Part shown: positions 1 to 8,954 of the stretch, one piece after another
Layout: every line of letters starts with the position of its first letter
Position numbering within the stretch: position 1 is the stretch's first letter
Origin: an uncultured Ruminococcus sp.
GTDB lineage: Bacteria > Bacillota > Clostridia > Oscillospirales > Ruminococcaceae
Length of the DNA stretch: 64,000 nt
Reading direction: 5' to 3'
Assembly: GCF_902762735.1 (NCBI RefSeq)
Contig: NZ_CACWPP010000001.1
Coordinates: 34,613-98,612, forward strand
The notes under the pieces: model-generated
The model's database searches: none
Told to the model about the DNA's origin: nothing
The model's input: the letters and a program-made list of their open reading frames with translations, nothing else
Program-made: the position numbers and the translations under genes

Positions 1-80
1 TTATCGACGAAAAGACAGAGCTGAACGCATTTGAGCAGCAGCTTGAACTTCTTGACTTGATGGCAAAACTCAAAAAATAA
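1..80 (+). CDS. 3' end of a CDS cut by the window edge (...IDEKTELNAFEQQLELLDLMAKLKK*), function unknown
   Basis: Frame 3 is open from the window edge to TAA at 78-80. A strong hairpin follows. Too short to classify. Confidence 0.35.
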   Translation, partial: IDEKTELNAFEQQLELLDLMAKLKK

Positions 81-150
81 GTGCCTCAGACAGGCAATAA
101 GACAGAGCATTCCAGACAAACCTTTTCCAATACATGGTACTTTTACCGCA

Positions 151-197
151 GAACAAAGCAGACAGCCTCACAATGAGCGCTGTCTGCTTTGTTTATA
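151..197 (+). terminator. Hairpin, candidate terminator of the truncated upstream gene
   Basis: Perfect 15-bp stem aacaaagcagacagc (152-166) / gctgtctgctttgtt (179-193) with a 12-nt loop. The T tract after it is weak (tttat). Confidence 0.5.
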
Positions 198-245
198 TCC
201 CAATTTGGTTTTGTATCATCAGCAATACACATCAAAATTGGGAGT
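195..245 (+). repeat. R1 intergenic imperfect-palindrome repeat, copy a
   Basis: atatcccaatttggttttgtatcatcagcaatacacatcaaaattgggag. Near-identical copies at 45062-45110 (reverse) and 17057-17159 (interrupted); diverged copy at 4766-4805. The outer 9 bp tcccaattt/aaattggga pair perfectly. Confidence 0.8.
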
Positions 246-272
246 TGTTTATATCTATCCGAATTTATGTAC

Positions 273-302
273 AAAAAAAGAGCGCTGATATGCTCAGCGC
301 TC
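273..302 (-). terminator. Rho-independent terminator of the 322..1707 gene
   Basis: Stem gagcgctga (280-288) / tcagcgctc (294-302). On the minus strand it is followed by a 7-T run (A-run 273-279). Confidence 0.75.
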
Positions 303-321
303 CGAAACAGCATGATATGGT

Positions 322-1707
322 TTACTTCTTCTTGCGAAGTACAACAGCAGCAGCGGCAGCCAGTGCGGCAGCAGCGAAAGCGCCCGCAGCAGAATTGCCT
401 GTCTTGGTGTTGTCAGAGTCAGCAGCAGAGCTGTTTGCAGTAGCATCAGATGCCTTTGAAGAAGTAGTTTTAGTTGTGGTAGTTGTAGAAGCCTTTGACG
501 AAGTAGTTGTACTTGCCTTAGAGCTGGAATTTGCAGCCTTAGACTCGGTATTGTTCTCCTGTGCACCGCCCTTGCTGGTGGAAATGCCTGTGATGTCGCA
601 ATTTTCACCCGTCAGGAACACATAAAGACTGTCAGGAAGAGACTTGCCTGAAACAGCGGTGGACTTAACGGTATAATTACCGATCTTGGCGCTGTAAGTC
701 AGCTTATCGCCGTCCTTGCTCAGTGTAGCCTGAACATTGTAGCCGTTCTGTGCGCCTGCCTGCCACTCGTCCCAGTTAACGTCAGACTCGAAAGCCAGCT
801 TGTTGCCATCAGCATCAGGTGCTACAAAGTCGGACATGCCGCCGCCCCAGCCCCATGCGTCAGCTCTGAGTACCAGAACTTCCTGGTCAGCACCGGTGTA
901 ATCCTCACCCGCTGCGCCTGTAACGCCCAGTATGAAGTTCTCATAGTTGTTTGAGCCGTTTGACTTGGCATTGAAATTAAAAGTAACACTCTCGCCGTTG
1001 TTGAGCTGAACAGCATCTGACTTACTGCTGAAGAACGAACCAACATTCAGGTCGCCCGAAAGGCTGTCTACCACTTTGAGACCTGCCTGAGTCTTGTTGT
1101 TTATGTCGTCCTGATTAGCGCCGCCCTTAGAAGTGCTGAAACCTGTCAGATCGCATTTTTCACCTGTAAAGAATATATAAACGCTTTCAGGCAGATCAAC
1201 GCCCGATGTAGCGGTGAGCTTATCGGTGTATTCGCCTATCTTTGCGTTGTAAGCAAGGGTATTGCCTTCCTTGCTGACAGTGATCTCAACGTCCATACCG
1301 CTCTGGCACTCATCAGCCCAGAGATCCCAGTTGATGTCAGTCTCGAAATTCAGCTTGTTGCCGCTGGCATCAGGTGCAACGAAATCGGAGTAGCCGCCGC
1401 CCCAGCCCCAGTTATCAGCTCTTACGACCAGTATCTCCTGATCTGCGCCTGTGTAAGCCTCACCGACCTCACCTGCGACGCACATAACGAAGTTGTCCCA
1501 GTTGTTGGTGCCGTTGGACTTGTTGTGGAATTTGAATGTAACACTCTCGCCGTCATTCAGCTGAACGGCATCTGTCTTAGCGCCGAAAAAATCGGTAACG
1601 TTCAGGTCACCTGTGATGGCATCTGTCTGCTCTACCGCCAGAACTGCGGGGGCAGATGCCATCGCAACAGCAGCAGCAAGTGCAGCTGTAAAAATCTTTT
1701 TTTTCAT
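322..1707 (-). CDS. Secreted cell-surface protein with two tandem ~190-aa putative carbohydrate-binding repeats, Ser/Thr linker and C-terminal membrane/cell-wall anchor
   Basis: ORF 322..1716; start moved to ATG 1707 (AGGAGGA 8 nt upstream). Signal peptide MKKKIFTAALAAAVAMASAPAVLA. Two paralogous repeats (GDLNV..FF..K.DAVQLN.GESVTF.F..KSNG.NN..NF...G..YTGADQE.LV.RAD.WGWGGG.SDFVAPD..GNKL.FE.D.NWD) each end in TSKGG. Low-complexity S/T/A tail, then AAGAFAAAALAAAAAVVLRKKK. Confidence 0.85.
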   Translation of the reverse strand: MKKKIFTAALAAAVAMASAPAVLAVEQTDAITGDLNVTDFFGAKTDAVQLNDGESVTFKFHNKSNGTNNWDNFVMCVAGEVGEAYTGADQEILVVRADNWGWGGGYSDFVAPDASGNKLNFETDINWDLWADECQSGMDVEITVSKEGNTLAYNAKIGEYTDKLTATSGVDLPESVYIFFTGEKCDLTGFSTSKGGANQDDINNKTQAGLKVVDSLSGDLNVGSFFSSKSDAVQLNNGESVTFNFNAKSNGSNNYENFILGVTGAAGEDYTGADQEVLVLRADAWGWGGGMSDFVAPDADGNKLAFESDVNWDEWQAGAQNGYNVQATLSKDGDKLTYSAKIGNYTVKSTAVSGKSLPDSLYVFLTGENCDITGISTSKGGAQENNTESKAANSSSKASTTTSSKASTTTTTKTTSSKASDATANSSAADSDNTKTGNSAAGAFAAAALAAAAAVVLRKKK

Positions 1708-1769
1708 GTAGATCATCCTCCTGAAGTATAGTTTGATAAAAAAATCCCAAACTAATCTTTCCCTAGCTT

Positions 1770-1798
1770 ATTATACACATTTTTACATTCTTTGTCAA
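1770..1798 (-). promoter_or_regulatory. Sigma-A-type promoter for 322..1707
   Basis: Minus strand TTGACA (1793-1798), 17-nt spacer, TATAAT (1770-1775). Confidence 0.6.
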
Positions 1799-1972
1799 TA
1801 GAAAACCACTGATTTTTTGAAATTTGGTAAAAATATCGCCGAAAATCAAACAATTAAATACAATCTGCCCAATACAACTTACACAATATTAACAGACCCG
1901 AGTTACCTTTATCTTTATGTGACATATATTAGCATTTACTGTTCATATTCTATAATATTTTATCAAAGATGG

Positions 1973-2001
1973 TTGAAATTATATTTATAATGTGCTATAA
2001 T
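1973..2001 (+). promoter_or_regulatory. Sigma-A-type promoter for the CotH/dockerin gene
   Basis: TTGAAA (1973-1978), 17 nt, TATAAT (1996-2001) preceded by TGc (extended -10). Confidence 0.6.
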
Positions 2002-2066
2002 AGGCAGGAAGTTCATTGGTCGTATCGTTAGCGCAACGATTTCATATTTTAATAGGAGTGAATAAA

Positions 2067-4586
2067 ATGAAAAACAAAATGACTGCCGCATTCATCGCGG
2101 CACTGCTGACAGTTTCGGGGGCGGCATCTGCATTCTCCGTTTCGGCTGAGACCTCTCCCGCTGTGCTTATAAGTGAGGTCTGCACAGGCAACACAGGTAC
2201 AAACGGCAATCTTACCGACCTCAAAGACTCAAAAGACAAGTTCTGCGACTGGGTAGAACTTTACAATCCCACCGATAAGGACGCAGACATCGGCGGGCTG
2301 TACCTCAGTGATGACGAAGCCGAACTTGCAAAGGCGAAGATACCCGACGGCACAAAGATACCTGCGGGCGGCTGTTTGACAGTCTACTGCGGCAAAAACA
2401 TCGAAGCTGTAAGCACTCCCGAAAAGCCCATAGCTCTGTTCGGGCTGTCTGCAAAGGGCGAAACTGTCATTCTTTCTGATGGCACGTCCGTTATAGATAA
2501 GGCAGAAGTCCCGGCGCTGGCTGATGACACAGTATACGCACGCATACCTGCCGACGGTTCGGGATTTGTTATCGCGAACCCGTCGCCTAACGCTGTAAAC
2601 TCGGAGGAACAGCTGTTCTCAGCACCCGAAGCACCTGCTTTCTCCCGCGAGAGCGGAATGTTCGCGGACAGCTTTGAACTGGAACTGACTGCCGCTGACG
2701 GCGCTGAGATATACTATACCACCGACGGCAGTGCCCCCACCGAAAATTCCACAAGATACGAGGGCGCTGTGACCATAGAGAATGTGAGCGACGACCCCAA
2801 TGTGCTTTCAGCTATGGACAGGTCGCTGTTCACCGACTGGTACACATGGGAGCAGAAGAGAAAGCCCTCCGTCAAAGTCGATAAAGCTGTGGTCATAAGG
2901 GCAGTCGCAATAAAAGACGGTCAGGCGAGCGGAGTGGTAACAAAGTCTTACTTTGTGGGCTATGATGACACCACTTACAACGGCGTAGGCGTAATGTCGA
3001 TAGTTGCCGACAGCGACGATCTCTTCGACAAGGAAAAGGGCATATACCTTAAAGACAACGCCATGAACAGGGGCAAAGAGTGGGAGCGTCCCGTGCATAT
3101 AGACTTCATCGACGGCGGAAACACCGTGCTGTCGCAGGACTGCGGCATGAGGATCCAGGGCGGCTATTCAAGGCAGGATTATCAGAAGAGCCTGCGTTTC
3201 TACGCACGCGAAGAGTACGGCGCAAAGAAGTTCAGCTATCCCCTGTTTTCAGGACTGACTTCCCGTGACGGCGAGGGCAGAGAGATAAACGATTTCGAGA
3301 ATTTCGTGCTGAGAAACGGCGGAAATGATGCAAACTACACCAAGTTCAAAGACCAGCTCTTGCAGAGAATGAGCGGCGGTCTTGAACTTTCGACACAGAC
3401 AGGCAGACCTGTTGTGGCGTTCATAAACGGCGAATACTGGGGTCTTTACACTATGCAGGAGGACTACTCGGACTCTTATGTAAAAGACCACTACGATGTC
3501 AAAAAGAAAAATGTGGTGATAATGTCCACCAATTATGAGGACAACAGCCCGAAAGTCGATGAGGGCGAAGATGCCGACATCGAACTTTGGAACGAGATGG
3601 ACAGCTGGATAAGAAGTGCTGACCTCACCGACCCCGAACAGTACAAGAAGTTCACCGAGATGTTCGATGTGCAGGATCTGGCAAACTATCTGGCGGCTGA
3701 GATATATCTGACAAATGAGGACTGGTCTGTAAAGAACTGGCGCTTGTGGCGTTCCCGCGAGGCTGACGAGAACAACCCCGATTACAGCGACTGCCGCTGG
3801 AGAACAATGTTCTATGACACGGAAATGGGAGCTTATATGTGGGGCAACAAGGGCGAAAGCTCCACCAACAACAAGCTGATACAGATATACGAAACAGGCA
3901 AAAAGGGCGGTGACACGCTGGCTGTGATCACTTACAAGGCACTTCAGAACGAAAAGTTCAAAGAGATCTTCCGCAGTTCGATGGCGGCTGCCGCCGATTC
4001 TTTCAGCGGTGAGAACTACGACAAACAGCTCGCCGAGATAAAGGACGGCTATTACAAGAACCTGCCCAAGTACTTTGAGCGCTTCCCGTCGGGCTCGGCT
4101 ATGTGGTCTGCCGACCAGTGCATCGGCTGGATGAATGAGTTCTTTCACGGCAAGGGCACTACGCCTTCACGCGAAGAATACTACCCCACCATGCTGAGGG
4201 CGCTGGAACTCTTGCAGAGATACGACAACGCCGATCTTGACAGCCTCAGCGAAGAAAAGCGCAACGCGATCGACAGCGCCCACACCAGAGCGCTCAGGAA
4301 CGCAACAAACGGAGGCACAGGCATAAAGCCGCAGAACACCTCGCTGGACGCACTTGAAACTGCCCTCAACGATGCTTTCGGTTCAGCTGAACTGCCGCGC
4401 GGTGATGTAAACGGCGACGGAGCTGTGACAGTGACCGATATTTCCGTTTCCGCCGCTCATCTGAAAAATCTGAAACCGCTCAATTCACAGGCACTTGCAC
4501 GCGCTGATGTAAACGGTGACGGCAGACTCAACGTCACTGATGTTGTTTCCATCGCGGCACATGTAAAGGGCATAAAGAAGCTCTGA
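2067..4586 (+). CDS. Secreted CotH-family protein with N-terminal lamin-tail (LTD) domain and C-terminal dockerin
   Basis: ORF 2016..4586; start moved to ATG 2067 (AGGAG 7 nt upstream). Signal peptide MKNKMTAAFIAALLTVSGAASAFS. LTD-like LISEVCTGN...CDWVELYNPTDKDADIGGLYLSDD. CotH-like HIDFIDGGN..CGMRIQGGYSRQDYQKSLRFYAREEYG..KFSYPLF..NFVLRNGGND. Confidence 0.85.
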   Translation: MKNKMTAAFIAALLTVSGAASAFSVSAETSPAVLISEVCTGNTGTNGNLTDLKDSKDKFCDWVELYNPTDKDADIGGLYLSDDEAELAKAKIPDGTKIPAGGCLTVYCGKNIEAVSTPEKPIALFGLSAKGETVILSDGTSVIDKAEVPALADDTVYARIPADGSGFVIANPSPNAVNSEEQLFSAPEAPAFSRESGMFADSFELELTAADGAEIYYTTDGSAPTENSTRYEGAVTIENVSDDPNVLSAMDRSLFTDWYTWEQKRKPSVKVDKAVVIRAVAIKDGQASGVVTKSYFVGYDDTTYNGVGVMSIVADSDDLFDKEKGIYLKDNAMNRGKEWERPVHIDFIDGGNTVLSQDCGMRIQGGYSRQDYQKSLRFYAREEYGAKKFSYPLFSGLTSRDGEGREINDFENFVLRNGGNDANYTKFKDQLLQRMSGGLELSTQTGRPVVAFINGEYWGLYTMQEDYSDSYVKDHYDVKKKNVVIMSTNYEDNSPKVDEGEDADIELWNEMDSWIRSADLTDPEQYKKFTEMFDVQDLANYLAAEIYLTNEDWSVKNWRLWRSREADENNPDYSDCRWRTMFYDTEMGAYMWGNKGESSTNNKLIQIYETGKKGGDTLAVITYKALQNEKFKEIFRSSMAAAADSFSGENYDKQLAEIKDGYYKNLPKYFERFPSGSAMWSADQCIGWMNEFFHGKGTTPSREEYYPTMLRALELLQRYDNADLDSLSEEKRNAIDSAHTRALRNATNGGTGIKPQNTSLDALETALNDAFGSAELPRGDVNGDGAVTVTDISVSAAHLKNLKPLNSQALARADVNGDGRLNVTDVVSIAAHVKGIKKL
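4401..4583 (+). other. Dockerin module (two 22-aa Ca-binding segments)
   Basis: GDVNGDGAVTVTDISVSAAHLKNLKPLNSQALARADVNGDGRLNVTDVVSIAAHVKGIKKL. Confidence 0.85.
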
Positions 4587-4596
4587 TAACAGGTCT

Positions 4597-4632
4597 ATCC
4601 CGTCATTGTAATTTCAATGGCGGGATTTTTTG
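4597..4632 (+). terminator. Rho-independent terminator
   Basis: atcccgtcattg / caatggcgggat stem (one G-U), 7-nt loop, then tttttt (4627-4632). Confidence 0.75.
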
Positions 4633-4717
4633 TGACTATCAACAAAATTTAGATTAATATTTCGTCGGTTTAACGAGATAAAAAAATCAAAATATTGCTG
4701 ATTTATTTCACTTTTTA

Positions 4718-4726
4718 TGTTATAAT
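4718..4726 (+). promoter_or_regulatory. Extended -10 promoter element (TGtTATAAT)
   Basis: tgttataat at 4718-4726. No good -35 at 17 nt. Confidence 0.4.
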
Positions 4727-4765
4727 ATAAATGCAATCAATTCTTTCATTTTTGTTAATAAAAAT

Positions 4766-4805
4766 ACCCATTTTGTATCATCAGTAATACACAACATGAT
4801 CGGGA
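4766..4805 (+). repeat. R1 repeat, diverged copy d
   Basis: acccattttgtatcatcagtaatacacaacatgatcggga. It shares tatcatcag-aatacaca with the other R1 copies. It lies 73 nt upstream of ATG 4878 in sense orientation. Confidence 0.55.
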
Positions 4806-4877
4806 CATTCAGATCAGAATAGAGAGATCAAATTGCAGAGCGCAGAAAATCCGAAAATAAAAAGGAGGATCAATACA

Positions 4878-7800
4878 ATGAAAAATAAAAACAAGCGCCT
4901 GAAAAGCAGGATGCTCAGCGGGCTGACTGCATTATGCGTTACAGCAAGCATCGGTGCTATGCCCGTGTGGGCATACGAACCTGAGGAAGTGACCGCAGGT
5001 GACATAGTCTATGGCTTTGACGGCTACACTTCCGATGACCCTTCTACCGCATGGGTTGATGAAAACGGTGCGCTGAGGGCATTGAAAGCAGGCACTGTAA
5101 CACTCAGGGCTGACGGCAGCGAAAGAACTATACCGATAAAAGAGTATGATGATGATTCTCAGGTAGTGGGTCAGCTGAAAATTCTCGCCAGATACAATGA
5201 CAGCATGCAGTTCTATGACGGTCATGTATATCTGCTGTTCACTTCCTACAAGGATAATGTGGAAATTACTGTAAACGACCTGTATGCAGGATATGAGATA
5301 AGCGATGACTACTACTGCGATATAAGGGACAGTATCTCCAACGGCTCAAACCACACAGGAACAGATACAGAACCGTATTTCACTTTTGACGACAGCATGA
5401 ACTCTGTCACTCTCGACAAGGGTGAAATAGTAACGATAGGCATGTACCGCGATTTTGACCTGACTGTTCAGCAGGCGGCTCTGGGCGCTCTTAAAAACAG
5501 CAGTATGTGGGGAAATATCAGCGATGCCGCAAAGACCGATATTATCAATACTATATGGTCAGTTGCGGACAAACGCGGCATCGGCGACGAAAGTGCGCTC
5601 GGCGAGCTGATCAAAAAGCTGGAAAAAGAAAATATAGACATATCATCTCTGCTTGACGGTGTTGTTGACGGCGGTGTTTGCTTCAACCGCGAGCTTTACA
5701 ACCAGAAGCTGGAATGGGATCAGTATGAGAATGTCACCTATGAAGTCGATATAACCGAAAAACAGCTTGAAAACATGACAGCTTACCTTCAGGGCAACCT
5801 CAATAAATTCTCTATGCTGAAAAACAGCTGTGTCACCGTTGCACTCAGGGCGTGGAACGCCGCAGTCGGCACAAGGGACGGCGAAGATACCGCATACCAT
5901 CTCAAACCGTCGGGTGAAGGCATTTTCAGTTACATAGATGCGCCTAAGACCGTCAAAGACGAGATCATAAAAAAGCTGCCCGGATATTATCTCAATAACG
6001 CTGACGGCGTTCAGGAGCCTGATGCAGGCTATCAGGACGAAACAGGCTGGGTATATGTCAGCGCACCCGAAGCCGATATTCCCGGCGGCATTGATACAAG
6101 TGCCGAGACACCTGCACTGACTGTGCGAATCACGGGCGATGCCATTCACGAAACTACCGTTTACCGCAAAAGCGAAAGCGGCGAGGAGATCATCATACCG
6201 ACAGACAAAGTTACCGAGCTTGATGAGGGCACAGAAGTTTTTGTGCGCACTTCACTTGCAAATGAGGACTATTGCCACCTGTTAAAAAACATTAGTCTGG
6301 GTTCGGAGTCGCTGATGGACAGCTATGATGAAAAGGAAAATGCATACAGATTTGTGATGCCTGCTAAAAAGACAACGCTCAGAATATCGTATGCAGAAGC
6401 AAGGGTCGAAATGCTGAAAAATACCTTTATCCAGGCAGGCGCAGGCGACAAGCTCGATATTAAAGATTTTGCCGAGCTTTATCTGGACAGCGAGAGCGTC
6501 GGCTCTGATGACCTTAGCTGGGACGTTTTCTACACTGTTCCCGACGGCGCTGCCGTTATCGAAAATGATGGCAGGACGATCTATTTTACAGAACCTTGTC
6601 AAGGTTCATTGACAGTCAATTGCAACAGCAACAAAAATGTCAATAACCAGTATATTATCGAGGTATACGATAACATTGATAATATGGCGAATGTGAAATA
6701 TAATGTTGAAGGCACTGTAAATGTAAACTTCAACAAATCGGAAGATGAGATGTTTGAGGACTGTCTCCCGTACTCCGACTACTTTGTGCCGAAGGGTACA
6801 AAGCTGAGAGTCGAGCCTGAGATAATGGAACCGTCTGTGCTGAGCAAATTCACTGTCAACGGCAAAAATGCAGACATCAGTGAGCCGATCTCGGTCGATG
6901 CCGATACCACTATCGACATTGCTTTCCGCCCCGCTGTCATAAAGGGCATGCCTGGCATGATAAGGTTAGACAGCAAAGATGACAGCTATGTGTTCGATGC
7001 AAAAGTCAAGTACAGCGAGCTTAAATACACTCTGCTGCCAGTATTCGACCCGAGCGTTACTTATGTTTCGTCCGACCCGCTGGTATCTGTTGACGCAAAC
7101 GGCAAACTGACCGTAAACGGTGAGATACCCGAAGAGGGCAAGTGCGTTATCATCACAGCTTATGCAGGTTCGAGCTTTAACAGCGTTAAGGCGCAGACAA
7201 AAGTTATACTCGGTGACTACGCGGGTGCAAGACCTGTGGGCAGACTGACAATATCAGCCAGAAGACCCAGTCAAAATCAGCTTATAGCTCACGGCGTTGT
7301 GACATATACCGCTTATGAAGATACTGACTTTGATGTAAGCTATTACAACTTCTACAAGCCCGAACAGAAATACATCGACATGATGGAGGACTACAAAGAG
7401 CATCCCGAGAAATATCAGGGCGATCCCGCATTATTGAACGGCGCTGACGGCATCGAAAACAGACCGAGCTACTTCAGCGTCAGCCACAATGAGGAGGGTA
7501 AGACCTCTAAGATAAGCCTCCAGGCAGGTGAAGGCATGACCATTACCAACTACGGTTATTCATCTACAAATATCCAACAGGTGCTTGATTCACTCGAAAC
7601 AAGTTCTATCGCACAGAATAATGAAAATGTCAGCAAGCTGATCGAACAGATGAGATACTATATCGAAAACGGCAGGATCGACGATCCGACGGCTTTTGAC
7701 AACACGTTAAAGGTGCTGATGCAGGCTTATATGACCGTCAGCATAACAGGTCATAATCCCATTGACGGACATGTACCCGGCGGTCTTGATATAAACCGCG

Positions 7801-8876
7801 AGGTATACAACCAGTTCGTCAGAACGGATACACAAGTACCAAATAACTATTACACCGTTGAGGTCACAGCTGAGGAACTTGATGCGCTGAAAGCATATCT
7901 TGCCTCGCCTGAGAACAATTACTATTCGGTATTTGACAAGAACTGCGCAACAGGTGCAGTTGATGCATGGAATTCGACTTTCTTTGACAGACCTGATCTT
8001 CAAATCAAAGGCAATTACACCAATTTTTGCGTTGACCCTATCTCGCTGTACATCGAACTCGGTCTGATGAGAATGGGAACAGGCAAAACTTTCAGCGGCA
8101 CAGGCGAGGGCGGCGGCGTTGATTTTGTTCCGCATATCGCATCTGCTTATGATCCTGCTGAAAATTCTGTACCGATGCCTAAGCTGGGCATGATCTACAA
8201 CGGTGAAGCTATGGAACTGGCATTCCCGCCCGCAGAACCGAACGGCACTGTCATATATGCACTTTCCGACAGTGACACTGCCCCCGCTGACGGCTGGAGC
8301 GAAGAGATACCCACTGCTGTAAACGCAGGCACATACCGTGTGTGGTACAGGATCACTGACGATACAGGCTATTCTGAATATGAAGGCGGTGCAAGATACC
8401 TCGAAACTACCATAGCGCCCGCAGAGATAACTGCAATCGCAGAAGATGTCACCGTAAGCTATGACGGCGCATCTCACGGTATAAACGTCAGGGTCGATGA
8501 ACCTGCCGCAGGCTTCACCGTGACATACGGTACGGAAGAGGACGACTTCACGATGACAGAATGCCCTGTATTCACCGAAGTCGGCGAATATGTGGTATAC
8601 TTCAAAGTAACAGCCGACAACTACAACACCTACATAGGTTCGGCGGCAGTTACCATAACCGAAGCTGACATTTCCGCTTCCACTAAAGGCGATGTCAATG
8701 CAAGCGGCAGAATAGACGTTACTGACATAGTTCTGGCAGCTGCACATGTCAAGGGCATACGCGCACTTGATGCTGATGCGCTCGCACGCGCTGATGTAAA
8801 CGGTGATAACAAGTTGAATGTTTCTGACGTTGCACTTATTGCGGCACACGTAAAGGGCATCAGACCCCTCAAATAA
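4878..8876 (+). CDS. Large (1332-aa) secreted multidomain dockerin protein with a duplicated ~270-aa His/Cys module and Big_2-like domains
   Basis: ORF 4833..8876; start moved to ATG 4878 (AAAGGAGGA 8 nt upstream). Signal peptide ends ..MPVWAYEP. Two paralogous modules share GHVYLL/AHGVVTY, NRE.YNQ, Y.V..T...L..L.AYL and NSCVTVALRAWN/KNCATGAVDAWN. Big_2-like VTYVSSDPLVSVDANGKLTV. C-terminal dockerin. Confidence 0.85.
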   Translation: MKNKNKRLKSRMLSGLTALCVTASIGAMPVWAYEPEEVTAGDIVYGFDGYTSDDPSTAWVDENGALRALKAGTVTLRADGSERTIPIKEYDDDSQVVGQLKILARYNDSMQFYDGHVYLLFTSYKDNVEITVNDLYAGYEISDDYYCDIRDSISNGSNHTGTDTEPYFTFDDSMNSVTLDKGEIVTIGMYRDFDLTVQQAALGALKNSSMWGNISDAAKTDIINTIWSVADKRGIGDESALGELIKKLEKENIDISSLLDGVVDGGVCFNRELYNQKLEWDQYENVTYEVDITEKQLENMTAYLQGNLNKFSMLKNSCVTVALRAWNAAVGTRDGEDTAYHLKPSGEGIFSYIDAPKTVKDEIIKKLPGYYLNNADGVQEPDAGYQDETGWVYVSAPEADIPGGIDTSAETPALTVRITGDAIHETTVYRKSESGEEIIIPTDKVTELDEGTEVFVRTSLANEDYCHLLKNISLGSESLMDSYDEKENAYRFVMPAKKTTLRISYAEARVEMLKNTFIQAGAGDKLDIKDFAELYLDSESVGSDDLSWDVFYTVPDGAAVIENDGRTIYFTEPCQGSLTVNCNSNKNVNNQYIIEVYDNIDNMANVKYNVEGTVNVNFNKSEDEMFEDCLPYSDYFVPKGTKLRVEPEIMEPSVLSKFTVNGKNADISEPISVDADTTIDIAFRPAVIKGMPGMIRLDSKDDSYVFDAKVKYSELKYTLLPVFDPSVTYVSSDPLVSVDANGKLTVNGEIPEEGKCVIITAYAGSSFNSVKAQTKVILGDYAGARPVGRLTISARRPSQNQLIAHGVVTYTAYEDTDFDVSYYNFYKPEQKYIDMMEDYKEHPEKYQGDPALLNGADGIENRPSYFSVSHNEEGKTSKISLQAGEGMTITNYGYSSTNIQQVLDSLETSSIAQNNENVSKLIEQMRYYIENGRIDDPTAFDNTLKVLMQAYMTVSITGHNPIDGHVPGGLDINREVYNQFVRTDTQVPNNYYTVEVTAEELDALKAYLASPENNYYSVFDKNCATGAVDAWNSTFFDRPDLQIKGNYTNFCVDPISLYIELGLMRMGTGKTFSGTGEGGGVDFVPHIASAYDPAENSVPMPKLGMIYNGEAMELAFPPAEPNGTVIYALSDSDTAPADGWSEEIPTAVNAGTYRVWYRITDDTGYSEYEGGARYLETTIAPAEITAIAEDVTVSYDGASHGINVRVDEPAAGFTVTYGTEEDDFTMTECPVFTEVGEYVVYFKVTADNYNTYIGSAAVTITEADISASTKGDVNASGRIDVTDIVLAAAHVKGIRALDADALARADVNGDNKLNVSDVALIAAHVKGIRPLK
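8688..8873 (+). other. Dockerin module
   Basis: GDVNASGRIDVTDIVLAAAHVKGIRALDADALARADVNGDNKLNVSDVALIAAHVKGIRPLK. Confidence 0.85.
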
Positions 8877-8896
8877 CGCGAATACACTAAAACATA

Positions 8897-8935
8897 AAAG
8901 CCCTTTCTTCCGCTTATCGGAAGAGAGGGCTTTTT
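8897..8935. terminator. Bidirectional terminator between convergent genes
   Basis: 16-bp stem aaagccctttcttccg / cggaagagagggcttt (one G-U), with A-run on the left and T-run on the right. Confidence 0.75.
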
Positions 8936-8954
8936 GTGCAGTTTCAGATGATCG

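Noticed and set aside
134-625. 163-aa plus-strand ORF and the 294-608 and 189-443 ORFs over the 3' end of the surface-protein gene
   Set aside because: They translate the Ser/Thr/Ala-linker DNA in other frames (poly-A/V/L low complexity) and run through the R1 repeat and the terminator. The minus-strand frame has signal peptide, repeats and an anchor.
7707-8849. 380-aa minus-strand ORF, and similar long antisense ORFs listed in the track (3249-4148, 10658-11956, 23507-24217, 24676-25599, 25515-26498, 27213-28079, 28627-29397, 37761-38765, 40630-41568, 43756-45087, 45372-45971, 47195-47992, 50454-51083, 61243-61893)
   Set aside because: Each lies fully inside and antisense or out of frame to a gene with clear family motifs. 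They have Cys/His/Arg/Leu-rich nonsense composition, no RBS and no recognisable domain. These are shadow ORFs typical of mid-GC genomes.
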